NCBI RefSeq assembly: GCF_016432865.1
Contig: NC_067403.1
Coordinates: 241,180,001-241,244,000 of the forward strand
Length of the DNA stretch: 64,000 bases
Origin: Antechinus flavipes
Taxonomy: Eukaryota
Reading direction: 5' to 3'
In this document: positions 34,206-46,100 of the stretch, piece by piece
How the letters are laid out: each line of letters begins with the position of its first letter
Numbering within the stretch: position 1 is the first letter of the stretch
Made by a program: the position numbers and the translations under genes
Notes under the pieces: generated by a model
What the model saw: only the letters and a program-made list of their open reading frames with translations
Database searches by the model: none
What the model was told of the DNA's origin: nothing

Positions 34206-37200
34206 GTAAGCTGGCTCCAGGCCCCCTGCAGGGGGCTCCTGTCCTAGCCCCGTCCCCTTCCCCAGAAACAACCTTCTTTCCCTTCTGACCATCTTCTGGA
34301 AGAAAGTCACCCAACAAGCAGTTACTAAGCGTGGAAACACGTGCTCCTTGAAAGGCACTGTGCTGAGAGCCCGAGACACAAAGAAAGACCAAAAACAGAG
34401 TCTGCTCTGATGGACGGCGGTTTGGGGAAGGGAAGGCTTCTGGAGCTCTGGTTCCTCCGTGCCCCATCTTGGCCAGGGGTGTCTCCAGGAACTTTCTCAT
34501 CTCTTGACAACAAAGCTCTTCGGGGCACTGGAAGGCACCCTGGAGGTTACCTAGGGCACCTCCCTCCTTGGAAATCTATTTTAATTGCGCACTGAACCAT
34601 CTCCTTAAACAAGAATAAGGGGGGGGGGGGCAGCTCAGCAGAACTAGCCGACGCACCAAGCCAATCTGTGCATGTGCCTTTCTGCACCCATAGTTCCTCA
34701 CTTCTGCGAGCGCATTTTCCATCTCTTTCCCCAGAACTCTCATTTCAATGATGGACATTCTATAGTTCAGGACAGAAAGAGTCCGAGGTAGTAAACGGTG
34801 GAGCTGAGATCCATGCTGAGCCCGAGAGCCAGCTGAAGTCAGTTTCCAATATGCCATGTCCTAGAAAGCCTTTTGTGCTTATCCAGCTTCCCGCTTGGAG
34901 GAATCGTAGATGTTCTCTGAGACAGACTTGTGCTAAACCCTGCTAGGGTAAAGGGAAATGTACCCATTTAACAGATTAGGAAAGTGAGATAATTGAATAA
35001 ATCCTAGTGGCCTGACTCCCCAAATTGATCCTCTGCTGCCCTCTAAGGGTAAAAACAAGATGGTCATTTCCTAGGGCATTGGGATTGGTCAACTCTATCT
35101 TCAGATTCCGTTGTGGAACTGTGGAAGGCTGAAGCCCAGGATACCAAGCACCTGTGGGAGGCTGAGTCTCAAGATGTGGGGGACAGCCTGGGGAAGGTCG
35201 CCAGCAACTTCATCCTTGGGGATGAAGCCAGGATTTCCCATCCTGGTGGGGGAGGCTCAGACGTGGGACAGAACACAGGACCGGCCCCCATCCTGTTCCC
35301 CTGTTCGGAAGTTCATGCGGAGTCCACAGGTGAGGGTCCTTGGATTGGGGAGGGCGAGGGTCCGAGCACACCCACCAAAGGGCATCGGGGCGTAGTTTGG
35401 GGAGGGGGTTGGGATTGGGAAATACTGATGTCCACTTCAGCAGAGCCAGGGAGGAAACCACTAGTACAGAAGGATCGTGAGCCTCCTTTGGAGGCCAGGG
35501 TCTCGGGTTCAGATCCCAGACCTCTTACTAAGCGACCTTGGGCTGCACTGGCAAAATGAGGACGTGCTCTGGCTTCCAGTTCTGTGATCAGATGCTTTCT
35601 ATGAATGGGCCTCTGTCATGGGCCTCCTTTGTACCCGGCTCTACGAATGGGCCTCTATCATGGGCCTCCTTTGTACGCGGTCCTGTCTCACCAAATGCAA
35701 CAATGAGACAGTCCCTGCCCTCAAAGAGCTTAAAGTCTCCTGGGGACATTACAGCACGTCCACAGACAGATACAGACAGGATATAGTGATGGTGAGGGAA
35801 GAACTCCCAGAGGCCTTTAGAGAGCTTCGTAGCCTTGGGAAGCGCCCCTCAGTTAGTGAGTCTGTATCGTGTCTGCTACCTGTGCAGCAGAGAGGGCATT
35901 TTAGGCTCGAGCAGTCTGTTCAAAGGTACAGGGAGGGAGGGAGTATTGGAACAGGGAATGTTGATTTGAGGAAAAGCCAAGTAGACTCATTTGGCTACAA
36001 CGGACGTGAGTGGGTGAAAGTAGCTGCAGATGTAAGGGCAAAAGTAGCTGCAGGCTGAAGCATTTGTGTTTCCCCTCCCCTTAAACAAACGTTTATTAAA
36101 AATTATGTATCAGGCTCTGCATTTATCTCCAGGAATATGAAGACAAAAGCAAAAACAGTCTCTGTCCTTAAGGAACACGTTGCTAGAGGAAGGTTTTTCG
36201 GTTTTATTCTGGAGGCACTTGCGAGTTTCTTCAGCAGGAGACAGACAGAGATGTGGTTAAGACCTGCAGGCGAGGAATATCAGTTTGATAACTGGGTGAC
36301 CGATAGATCAGAGGGAGAAAGTCCAAGCAGGCCATTGTTCCAGTAGTCCAGGCTAGAGGAGATGAGGGTCTGACCTTGCGTAGTCATGGTAGGAGGAAAG
36401 AAAAGATGAGATGGATATGAGACGCCGAGGAGACGGACTAAGCAAGACTTGGCAATGGGGAAGGGGAGTGAAAGAAAAGCATGGAGAATGGTTCCTAAAT
36501 TGGGACTCTGGATGATAGGAAAATTGGTGGCAGTGCCCTCAATAGAACAGAACAGTTAGGAGAGAAATGGGATGGAGGGAAAGGATGATGAGTTGTGGCT
36601 TGAAGTGTTTATTTAATATTTTATTTTTCTCAGTTACATGTAAAGACAATTTTAAGAATATTTTCCCCCGAGTTTTGAGTTCCAACTTCTCTTCCTCCTC
36701 TTTCTCCCCCGTCATTGAGAAGACATTTTTTCACATAGGTTATGTATGTATAGTCATGCAAAACATTCCCACATAAATTATTGCAAGAAAACACAGGTGG
36801 GGAAAAAAAAAAGGTTGTTTCAATAATTAGGAAGATGATTATGACCAGGGTCACACAAGCCCAGAGAGGAGATAGTACTGAGAAGGTTAGATTAGTCACC
36901 AGGATTGTTGAATGCTGCCGAAAGGTCAAGGAGACTGAGGGCCGAGAAAAGGTCATCGGACTGGGCAACCGAGAGAGATCTCTGGTGGCCTTGAAGAGAG
37001 CAGTTTCAGCTCAGTGGAAGAGTGAATGAAAGCTGGAGAGAAAGGACTCATGCAATATATTTCCTTCCTGGGAGAGAGGTGGGGGGACTATGGGTGCTGA
37101 ATGAGGCATATAGTCTCAGAATTTGATACTCTGTTTTTCTTGACCCATTTTGGGGATATTAGGAAACAAATGATGTGAAGAAAAGAGTTGGGAAGAGGGA

Positions 37201-40200
37201 GATGAGATAGCGGGTCCTGGGAGTGGGGAAGTCCTGATCAGATATGATCATAGGCAAGCTTTCCCAGCTAGAATAGAAGCTCTGTGAGTGCGGAGAGTTT
37301 CCTTTTTTGTGTTTGTATCCAAAGTGAGTGCAGGCAGTATATACACACCTGGTGTGATGTGGCCCACAGGCAACTTGCTACGACTATTAGGTTTCAGAAA
37401 ATGCACCCATTGGAGGGAAAAATGTTCCCTGGCTCTGGGGGCTAGTGAGATCACAGGTCCAGTCCTCAGCCTTTGCCTGCGGCATACAGGAGGTGTCTAA
37501 TATATGCTGATAATTGACTCAATCTCCTTGTGCCCCAGGCATTTCTTTAAGATTATAATCAACCCATCAATCAAATGCAAAAACCCTGAGGTGGTTAGTG
37601 CTCTGCTCAGTGAGGGGTCCCTGCTTCCAAGAGGTCTCAGGTTTGGACCCCAAAAGGGGCATCCAAATAGTAAAAAAAATTTCTACCTTCCTACAGAGCG
37701 GAGGCCACTGAAGAGGAAAAAGGGGCCGGCTCCCAAGATGCTGGGGAACGAGGTCTGCAGTGTGTGCGGGGACAAGGCTTCTGGCTTCCACTACAACGTC
37801 TTGAGTTGCGAGGGATGCAAGGGCTTCTTCCGCCGGAGCGTGATCAAGGGTGCCCGCTACACCTGCCACAGCGGCGGGCACTGCCCCATGGACACGTACA
37901 TGCGCAGGAAGTGCCAGGAGTGCCGCCTGCGGAAGTGCCGCCAGGCGGGCATGCGGGAGCAGTGTAAGGGCTCCCCAGCTCCGTGCGCCCAAGGACCCCG
38001 GGAGGGATTGGGGGGGCAGGTGGGAGCAGTATAAAGGGCTCCTTTAGCCATGCACCCAAGGACCTCGGGAAGGATGGGGCCAGGCGGGAGCAGTGTAAGA
38101 GCTCCCTAGCTCCATGCGCCCAAGGACCCCGGGAGGGATGGGGCCAGGCGGGAGCAGTGTAAGGGTTCCCCAGCTCCATGCGCCCAAGGACCCCGGGAGG
38201 GGGGACCAGAAGGCCATAGTGTAAGGCCTCCCTTGCTCCAAGCGACAGGTTCCCCGGGAGGGATGGGGCAGGCAGGGCAGGTGCTCCTTCAGAGCAGCCT
38301 CCTTCCCCCTCCCGCCCCCCCCTCTTTCTTTTCCTCCCAAATCTCCTTGGAGGGCCTTTGCATCTCCTCACCTTCGAGCTCCCGGGGTGGACCGCAGACT
38401 ACCAGAGGCAGGAAGCATTTTCGCTTTGGCTGTTTCGCCCTCAGGGCCTGCCGAAGGCCCTGCTTATCTCACGGCCACGGTCCCGTTCCCCGGCCTCCCC
38501 CGGCCCCCTCTCTTCCCTGAGCCTTCTCCCCCAGCACCAGCCTCAGCCTCACCCCCGGCCGCGTCCCCAGGTGTCCTGTCCGAGGAGCAGATCCGCCTAA
38601 AGAAACTTAAGCGGCAGGAGGAAGAGCAAGGCCAGAGCTCGGCGGGGAGCCCGCCGGCCCCCTCGCCGCCCCCGGCCTTGCCTCAGCTGAGCCCCGAGCA
38701 GCGGGGGATGATCGAGAAGCTGGTGGCCGCCCAGCAGCAGTGCAACCAGCGCTCCTTCTCGGACCGCCTCCGGGTCACGGTACCCGGGGATGCGGAGGGA
38801 GGCGGGGACGGAGGAGGCCCGGAGGGATGGAGGGAGCGGCGGAGGGAGGCGGGGGCGGCGGAGGCCTGAGGCAGTGGAGGGAAGAACGGACAGCCGAGGG
38901 GGGCGGGGCAGTGGAGGACCTTCAGCTGCTTATCTCAAAGTGCCTTCCTGTGGCCCCGGCCCTTCCCTCTGCACAGCCCTGGCCCCTGGCCCCGGACCCG
39001 CAGAGCCGGGAGGCCAGGCAGCAGCGCTTCGCCCACTTCACGGAGCTGGCCATCATGTCTGTGCAGGAGATCGTGGACTTCGCCAAGCAGCTGCCCGGCT
39101 TCCTGCAGCTCAGCAGGGAGGACCAGATCGCCCTGCTCAAGACGTCTACCATCGAGGTAGCTCCGGATGGGGCGGGGAGAGGGGGGAGGAGGGCTCTGGG
39201 GAGGCCGACCCACTGAGGGCCCGGCTGGTCCGCAGGCACTCACTGAGCACCTACCGGGGCAGGCTAAGGGCTAGAGAAAGGCCAAAACTCTGCCCTGCCC
39301 TGCAAGAACCCCCATTATGATGGGGGAGAGGGCACGGAAAGAGCTCTGTACATCCGAAAAGGGGGAGGTCGCGGCAGAGTCAGGGTCCCCGTGGCCGCTG
39401 GGATTGGGCTCGAGTCTGCAAGGCCCCTGAGAGGCAGAGGTGGGGAGGGAGGCAATCCAGAAATGGAGATGTCCCTGGATCCCCAGCAGCGGGGAGACCC
39501 ACACAAGGCCCCCAGAGCAGGAGTGACCTTTCTGAGCCCCACAGGTGATGCTCCTGGAGACATCCCGGAGGTACAATCCTGGCAGCGAGAGTATTACCTT
39601 CCTCAAGGATTTCAGCTACAACCGCGATGATTTTGCTAAAGCAGGTGAAGACCCTGGCTGGGTCACGTGGGGTTTGGGAGGTCTGGAAGTCAGTCTCTCC
39701 TTTGCTTTGGGATCTAGAATGATCATAGAGCCAGATGAATGAGGGAGGCCTTGAAGGACACTGGAAACAGCATTAAACTAAGAATGCTGGGGGGGGGGGG
39801 GGGAGGCGGGGGTCTGAGCAATCCCTTCTCCTTCCTCTCCACGTTCCTGCCACTCAGATCAATCCAAATCTAACAAACTTTATTAACAATAATGGGGCCA
39901 GCGAGGTAGGGCAGTGAGTAGATACTAGTCCTCTAGTCAGGAGGACCTGAATTCGAATTCAACTTCAGACTAGCTGAGTGATCCTGGACAAGAAACTTAA
40001 TCCCCATGAAACCTCTGCTATGGGAAAGAGGAGAGGCCTAGTGACTAAGGTCAGCATTAGCATCAGGGAGACCTGGGTTCCCCCCAAGAATACCTGAGTG
40101 ACCCTGACTTAATGAGATCCTCTTCTGAAAGTTCCCATACCCAGGGAATCACAAGTTCTGTTCCTATCCCTCTATACCAGTAACACTAATTTTTCCCCTA

Positions 40201-43200
40201 AATATTTTAAAATTGCACTGTTATTGGAGCAGCTGGGTGGTACAATGGATAGAAGTGCCAGTTCTGGAGTCAGGAGGACCCGAGTTCAAATGTGGCCTCA
40301 GACACTCACTAGCTGTGCGACTCTGAACCAGTCATTTAACTATTCTTTATCTCCCCTCCCTCAACGTATTGCTATCTTATGGTTTTATATCATCATTTCT
40401 AAATGTATCATCCTCTCTGCTCTACCCTTGAGCCATCCCTTTTAACAAAACAATTAAACAAATTTTTAACAAATTTAACAAAACAAAATAATTCGGTTAA
40501 TTTACCAACATATCAACCATTTCTGACAGTGTATGTGATGCTCCCCACCCCAAGGCCCCCACCTCTGCAAAGAAATATAGACTCTTATTCTATCCTGAGT
40601 CTACCCCGACCTTTAAAAACAATTTTTAAAAAGTCTCCTCTCTCCGGCTGATTTTTCCCATGTCATTCTCAACAACTCCCTCTCTTGGGGTCAAGGAACT
40701 AATTGGCTTAGAGGATGAAGAGCATTTTAGGGTGGAGAAGCAGGAATTGTTCCCAGCCTGAAAGATTTTCTCCAAGAATTAGCTCATATTGACAGTTTCC
40801 AATAAGCTTGAAACAGATGGAACCCAAAGCTCTATGGGAAAGAGATTCTTCTGCTATTCCCTTATCAGCCTCCTCCTCCTCGTTATTATTTTATTTCATT
40901 ATTTATTTATATATATATTTTTGGTGATTTCATCAGTATGGGAAACTCCCTCCACTAAGTCAATTGGCTTTGATCTGTAGCTGAGTTTCTCAGTAGCCTA
41001 AGAAGTTGCTTGTTCAGGGTCACAAAGCCCGTAAGTAACCCGAGTCTTACACCCCAAGGCCGGCCTATTTTTCATGACACTCGGCTGATTCTCGTTTATT
41101 ATTTATAAATAATAAGTTTGCACTTTCCAGCTGAAGAAAATTAGGCTCCATGCATTGAGGTAACCTGCCCAGAACAACCGAGCCAGTGAAATTTGAACTC
41201 GGGTCTTCTTGATTCCAAGTTCAGGATGCTATTCACTTGGCCACTTCGCTGGTAATTGGAAGAGCAGAGATTTGAACGTAGGCCCCTTCAGTTGCCAAAA
41301 GCCATTTCCCTCCAAGTTATTTCACTTTTAGGAGGCCCTCCCTCAGTGAGCTCATAATATGCAAACGGGAGCTCTGGGTTCCCAGACTCTCTGTGGGACA
41401 TCTTGGGACATCATAGCATCCTGGATTTGGCCATGAAAGCGGTCTTAGAGGATATCGCCTCTGACTTGCATCAGTCTCAGTTTCTGCATCTGCAAAATGG
41501 GCTGGATGCTTCTAACCTCTTCCTAGGACAGCACCAGAGCTTCACCCAAAACAAAGCCAGTTCTGCCTTCTGTCTCCTGAACGTATCTGTCCCTTAGTGA
41601 CAGCTTTTCTCCAATCAGCCCATAAAAATCAGGGTGAAAGTATAGGAAATGATTAATCTGCAGCCTGGAATGGCAGAAAGAAAAGCCAGTGGTTTCTAAA
41701 ACAAATTTGAAGGGGCAGCTAGAAGATGCAGTGGATAGAACAGCAGTCTGGAGTCAGGAGGACCCGAGTTCAAATATAGCCAGACACTTAATACTTCCTG
41801 GCTGTGTGACCCTGGCCAAGGCTCAATCCCAGTCACCTCGCCAAAATAAATAGAGCAAGTTTGAGCAAGTGGGGCCAACCAGCAAATTCTGCCCGCTTGG
41901 ATGAGAAAATGTCTGACAGCAGGTACCAGGGGTGATGAAGCCCCACAGGCCCGTTGTTACCCACGGGGACAATGACCCAGAGAGTGCTGGTTCTGGGATT
42001 GTCTACCTAACTCCAAACCCAGTGCTCATTTCACTGCAGTGCTACCTCACTGCCCCTCAGTTTCCCTTCCTGTAAAATTAGTTGGACTGTTTGGAGCTCT
42101 GAATCTCACCCTCCTTGGGTCCTCTCACCTGTATTATCAGGTAGAGGTTAGACAAGATGATCTGGAATCCAGTTCTTGAATCAGGATCCAGGCCCAGTGT
42201 CAGGGGGTGTTGGGGGCCTCAGGAGCCCCCCTAACGGAGCCGTGGGCTGCCCTGCTGCGTCTGTTTTAACCCTGTCCTGTGGCCACTCTCCCCAGGGCTG
42301 CAGGTAGAGTTCATCAACCCCATCTTCGAATTCTCCCGCGCCATGAACGAGCTTCAGCTCAACGACGCCGAGTTTGCTCTGCTCATTGCCATCAGCATCT
42401 TTTCTGCAGGTGTGTGGGAGCCAGGAGAGGGGGGGTTCGGGCTGAGTCCTGAAGGACTCTGGGGGCTCAGGTGTGCTGGGGGAGAAGATGGGCCCCCCTC
42501 TCCTGGGTCACCAGACCTCCTTGTCTCTGCGGGTGCCCCACAGACAGGCCCAACGTGCAGGACCAGCTTCAGGTGGAGAGGCTGCAGCACACGTATGTGG
42601 AGGCCCTGCATGCCTACGTCTCCATCCACCATCCGAATGTGAGTGTTTCTCCCGGCATCCCATCCCTCCCGGTGAATCTTGAGTTCAAGGTGTGGGACTT
42701 GGAAGGAGGAGGATCCAGGGCAAGGCTGACCTCTGACGTGCACTAGCTTTTTGATCCTGGGCGTCTGTGATCACTCCAGACCTGGTGTCCCTGTCTGTAA
42801 AATGGGGATAACAGTGGCAGATGCCTCTCGGGGTTGGTATGAGAATCAAATGAAATTATAGATCGTAAACAAATAGCTAAAGCATTTACTAAGTGCGTGC
42901 TAGGGTCATCCAAACAGCCCCTGCTTTTAAGAAGCGTATATTCTAAGGGGGGGGTGCAGATTGGGAATATGGGGGAAGGAGGAGGGGTTGTCGGGCAGCA
43001 AGGAGGAGGAGGCCGAGAGGGGCCAGCTAAAGCAGGGTTGGGGTCCCAGCGAGGGAGTCCCCGGTCAGGACACTTCAGGGTTTCGGGGCAGGGGTTTCTC
43101 CCGGATGTTGAGGAGGAAATGGTCTTTGTGAAACTGCCGAGTTACTGCCAGGACCCTTCCCATCTTCCTTTGAAGCAGCCCTCTCTAGCCAGTCTCCAGC

Positions 43201-43429
43201 TGCACCCTTCCTCTCCCACAACCTCCCCTTAGTATCATTAGGGCGGGGAGGGTCTGAGGCCGCCCCTTGCCTCCCCCTCCAGGACCCCTTGATGTTTCCA
43301 CGGATGCTGATGAAGCTGGTGAGCCTCCGCACCCTGAGCAGCGTCCACTCGGAGCAAGTGTTCGCCCTCCGCTTGCAAGACAAAAAGCTCCCCCCCTTAC
43401 TCTCGGAGATCTGGGACGTGCAGGAGTGA
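34163..43429 (+). CDS. NR1H3: Liver X receptor alpha (oxysterol nuclear receptor), spliced CDS, 459 aa
   Basis: join(34163-34205,35105-35329,37697-37963,38571-38779,38977-39156,39545-39644,42296-42409,42544-42638,43283-43429) = 1380 nt. C4 zinc fingers ([28 protein letters not shown]), LBD, AF-2 LLSEIWDV. N-terminus [11 protein letters not shown] and the ACP2/MADD synteny identify alpha rather than beta. Confidence 0.98.
35105..35329 (+). CDS. NR1H3: NR1H3 AF-1 exon
   Basis: 225 nt, [13 protein letters not shown]...EST, donor GTGAGG. Confidence 0.9.
35598..35681. repeat. 42-bp tandem duplication
   Basis: GAATGGGCCTCT(G/A)TCATGGGCCTCCTTTGTAC at 35603 and 35645. Confidence 0.9.
37697..37963 (+). 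CDS. NR1H3: NR1H3 DNA-binding domain exon
   Basis: 267 nt, both zinc fingers. Confidence 0.98.
37945..38235 (+). repeat. Tandem repeat of about 64 bp (5 units) containing the NR1H3 DBD-exon donor
   Basis: GGGAGCAGT-GTAAG...CCAAGGACCCCGGGAGG repeated at spacings of 67, 64, 64 and 62 bp. Confidence 0.92.
38571..38779 (+). CDS. NR1H3: NR1H3 hinge/H1 exon
   Basis: 209 nt, [15 protein letters not shown]...SDRLRVT. Confidence 0.97.
38977..39156 (+). CDS. NR1H3: NR1H3 LBD exon (H3-H5)
   Basis: 180 nt, PWPLAPDP...KTSTIE. Confidence 0.98.
39545..39644 (+). CDS. NR1H3: NR1H3 LBD exon
   Basis: 100 nt, [23 protein letters not shown]. Confidence 0.97.
40226..40345 (+). mobile_element. tRNA-derived marsupial CORE-SINE
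   Basis: A/B-box-like head (GGTGGTACAATGGATAG ... GAGTTCAAAT). Confidence 0.75.
41711..41851 (+). mobile_element. tRNA-derived marsupial SINE
   Basis: GGGGCAGCTAG...GCAGTGGATAG...GAGTTCAAAT...GTGTGACCCTGG, A-rich tail. Confidence 0.8.
42296..42409 (+). CDS. NR1H3: NR1H3 LBD exon
   Basis: 114 nt, [25 protein letters not shown]. Confidence 0.97.
42544..42638 (+). CDS. NR1H3: NR1H3 LBD exon
   Basis: 95 nt, [24 protein letters not shown]. Confidence 0.97.
43283..43429 (+). CDS. NR1H3: NR1H3 terminal exon
   Basis: 147 nt, [25 protein letters not shown]...WDVQE, then TGA. Confidence 0.98.
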   Translation, partial: DPLMFPRMLMKLVSLRTLSSVHSEQVFALRLQDKKLPPLLSEIWDVQE

Positions 43430-43577
43430 TGCTCTTCCGCCGGCCAGCCTCCTGTGTGCGGGGGTGCCGGGGCCCAGCCTGGCTGCTGTGGGCTGGAGGT
43501 CTGGGGGGGAGGGGGGCAGACTGAGCAGGGGAAGACATCTCTTCCGGCTGGGGAGGACTGGCGATCCTAAATGGGGC

Positions 43578-43583
43578 ATTAAA
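43578..43583 (+). terminator. Candidate NR1H3 polyadenylation signal ATTAAA
   Basis: About 150 nt after the stop. A second ATTAAA lies at 44639-44644. Confidence 0.6.
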
Positions 43584-44699
43584 AGAGAGTTGAAGGGTTG
43601 GGAGTTCTCCGGCTGTTAAGGGAAACGGGACTCGGTCCAGGCGGCCAGGGAGCACCAGCCTGGGACGCCCGTTCGGCAGCGGGGTCTCCCACGGCTTCCT
43701 GCCCTCCTCCCGCCCACCCGTCCCGTATGAGACAGTCCATGCGATCCCATCCCACAGTCTGACAGGGTGCTCTGACCCAACGACCCACACGAATGTAAAG
43801 TCCGAGTTCCTAAAGAAGGCAGGGAGCCTGTGGAGGAGGAGATTCTCCGCGGGCAGAGGAGGGCAGAACCTCCGCTCCGGCGGCTCGCTCCCCCTCCGCC
43901 CCGACCACAGTTTGCGTACGAGACGGGGGGTGTGACCTCACTGCCCCTGCCCCGTCTGTCTGGAGGCGGACCCCGGCGCCCCCTTTCGTCCGGATTCTCT
44001 GGATCGTATCCAGGCGGTCCGCTGGCTGCTCCCCGAGAGGATCGATGAGCAGCTCCCCGGGAGGGGGAGATCTGTGCCCTTCTCTATGGGGGATGGGGCC
44101 CCAGGAACGGGCGTGAGAGTAAAGAAAAAAGGGCACGAGAGCGGAAGCTTTGAGTTAGAGACCTTTAGAAGTCATCCAGGGCAAGAGCCTCATTTTACAG
44201 ATAAGGAAGCTGAGCCTAGGAGGGACTCGGGACAGCTCCCAGAGCAGCAGCCTCAGAATCCTTCCAGCCCTTTCTCCTTCGCCACTCCCACTCCACCAAG
44301 GGTCCCTCTTCTTCCCACCAGGACTACACATCCCATCATGCATCGCGAGGCACTCCCCTCGCTACCTTAGTGTACGCCCTGCTCAGGAGGCGCCAGCTGC
44401 GGTTGCACCTCCCTGCAATCCTCCCCCACCTCCAGAAGGAGTAGTACGTTCCACCCCACACCTCCCCTTTTCTGGAGCCGCAGCACCTGAGCATTTCCCA
44501 AACCGTGTTAAGGTGTGGGGGGGGAAGTGAGGACGGCACTGCAGAACACCGTCCAGGGCCACCGTTCGTTTGTTCTCAAAAACAGCTTCCAGGTTTATCG
44601 ACACTTTGTTTCCAAAATAGACGATGCTAGCAATTATAATTAAAAGCGATTTGCACAGTGAAAATCTACGCCGACTAGTCCTCCCTCCCCACCGTTCCA

Positions 44700-46100
44700 G
44701 TGGTGCGTGCCCCGGGGAGGTGAGCCAATAGCGGCCCTTCACCTTCGCTTCGGTGCTAGTGGTACGGTCCGCCCCACCCGGCCCCTCCTGCCCTCCCGCA
44801 ATGGTACGCCCCCCCACCTCCCTCCAGGACAGATGCGGAACTGGCGCGAGCCGCGGAGCGCAGGGAGTCTGCGCTGCAGGTCTCCGCGCGCCCCCGGCCC
44901 GGTCTCGGCCCGCGCGCCCCCGGCCCCGCCCCGCGCAGCCCCGCCCCCCGGCCCAGGTGAGGAGGCGAGCTGCGGCCTCGGACCGAGCCAGAACCCGGAT
45001 CCCAGAGCCCGAGCCCGGGAGCCAGGAAGGGATAAAACTGGAGGTTCGAGGGGGCTTGCCGCGGGCGGAGCGTCCGAAGGGGATGGGGACTGCCGGAAGG
45101 GACTAGAGGAGAGAGGGTTCTGGAGAGAAGAGGGCCCTGGGGGGGAGGGGGGCTCTGAGAGGATGGGGAGCAGGGAAAAGGGGGCGAGGGCTGTCAGAAG
45201 GGTTTAGAGCATGGAATTGAGGAGTGTGGGGCTCAGGAATAAGGAGGAGGGCTCTAGGGGAAGGAGGTCGTCCTGGGGGAAGGAGCTCAGGGGATGGAGA
45301 GCAAGAAAAAAGGGGTGGAGGCTGTCAGGAAGAATGGGGGAGGGGGTCTCTGAGGGGAAATGGGAGTCTTGGGAGGGGGGCTCTGAAGAGGAGTTGGGTC
45401 CAGAGCATGGGGGATGGGACTATCAGGAGAGGTTAGAGGAGGGGGTTCTGAGGGGGAATGGAGGTCCTGGGAGATTCTGGAGGGTGGGGCTGTAAGGAGA
45501 GATGGGGGAGGGGGCTATCAAGAGGAGTAAGAGGAGGGGGCCCTGAGGGGGAAAAGAGGGGTCCTGGGAAGCTCTGGGAGTAGGGTTGTGAGGAAGGATG
45601 GGAAGGGGGTTCCGGGAGGTGGAGCTGTCAGGAGGGACGGAGGAGGGGGCTCGCGAGGGCTGTCAGGAGAGATGGGGGAGGGCGCTCGGGAAGGGGGGAT
45701 CTTGTCACTGAGGCGGTTTTCCGGAGCTAGGACCGCCCGGACTTTGGGGCCTGAGGGCGCTTAGCCCCGAGCACCCGGGGGGTGTCGAGGATGGGCCTCG
45801 AGGGCGGGCGGGGGCGGGCAGCGTGTCTCTCGCTTGGGGCTACTCAGCTGAGGCGCCTTCTGGCTGCTCCCCGGCTCTGAGCCGGCGCGCGCTCTTCCCG
45901 TGACAGCCGCCTCCCCGCCCCGTCTCCCCCAAACGCCCCCCGTGGCCCCGGCTCTCCCCGGGCCGGGCTTGGCGGATGCGGTAACAAGGTCACGCGTGGG
46001 GGAGGGAGCCTCCCCTGCTCACGTCAGCGCGTCCCCCGGAGCCCCTGTGGGTTTCAGTGGGGGACCCGGTGCGCAGGCTGGCTGCAGCCTTCAGGGCTTC
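44700..46100 (+). promoter_or_regulatory. CpG island, MADD promoter; candidate non-coding exon ending at 44956
   Basis: CpG-dense. CCAAT at about 44725; donor CAG|GTGAGG at 44957. Confidence 0.7.
45105..45700 (+). repeat. Degenerate G/purine-rich tandem repeat in the MADD 5' region
   Basis: Recurring GGGGCT(C/G)T(G/C)AG(G/A)AG(A/G)GATGGGG units. Confidence 0.7.

Noticed and set aside
32610-34288. Overlapping 200-360 aa ORFs on both strands
   Set aside because: CpG-island composition (stop-poor, rich in Pro/Gly/Arg/Ala) with no domain similarity. Only the last 43 nt (34163-34205) are NR1H3 coding.
40226-40300. tRNA-like A/B boxes
   Set aside because: These are SINE heads followed by CORE sequence, with no cloverleaf or acceptor stem; no tRNA genes called.
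41131-41159. 29-nt AG...GT segment in an NR1H3 intron
   Set aside because: MIR-like sequence, not a multiple of 3, modest splice sites.
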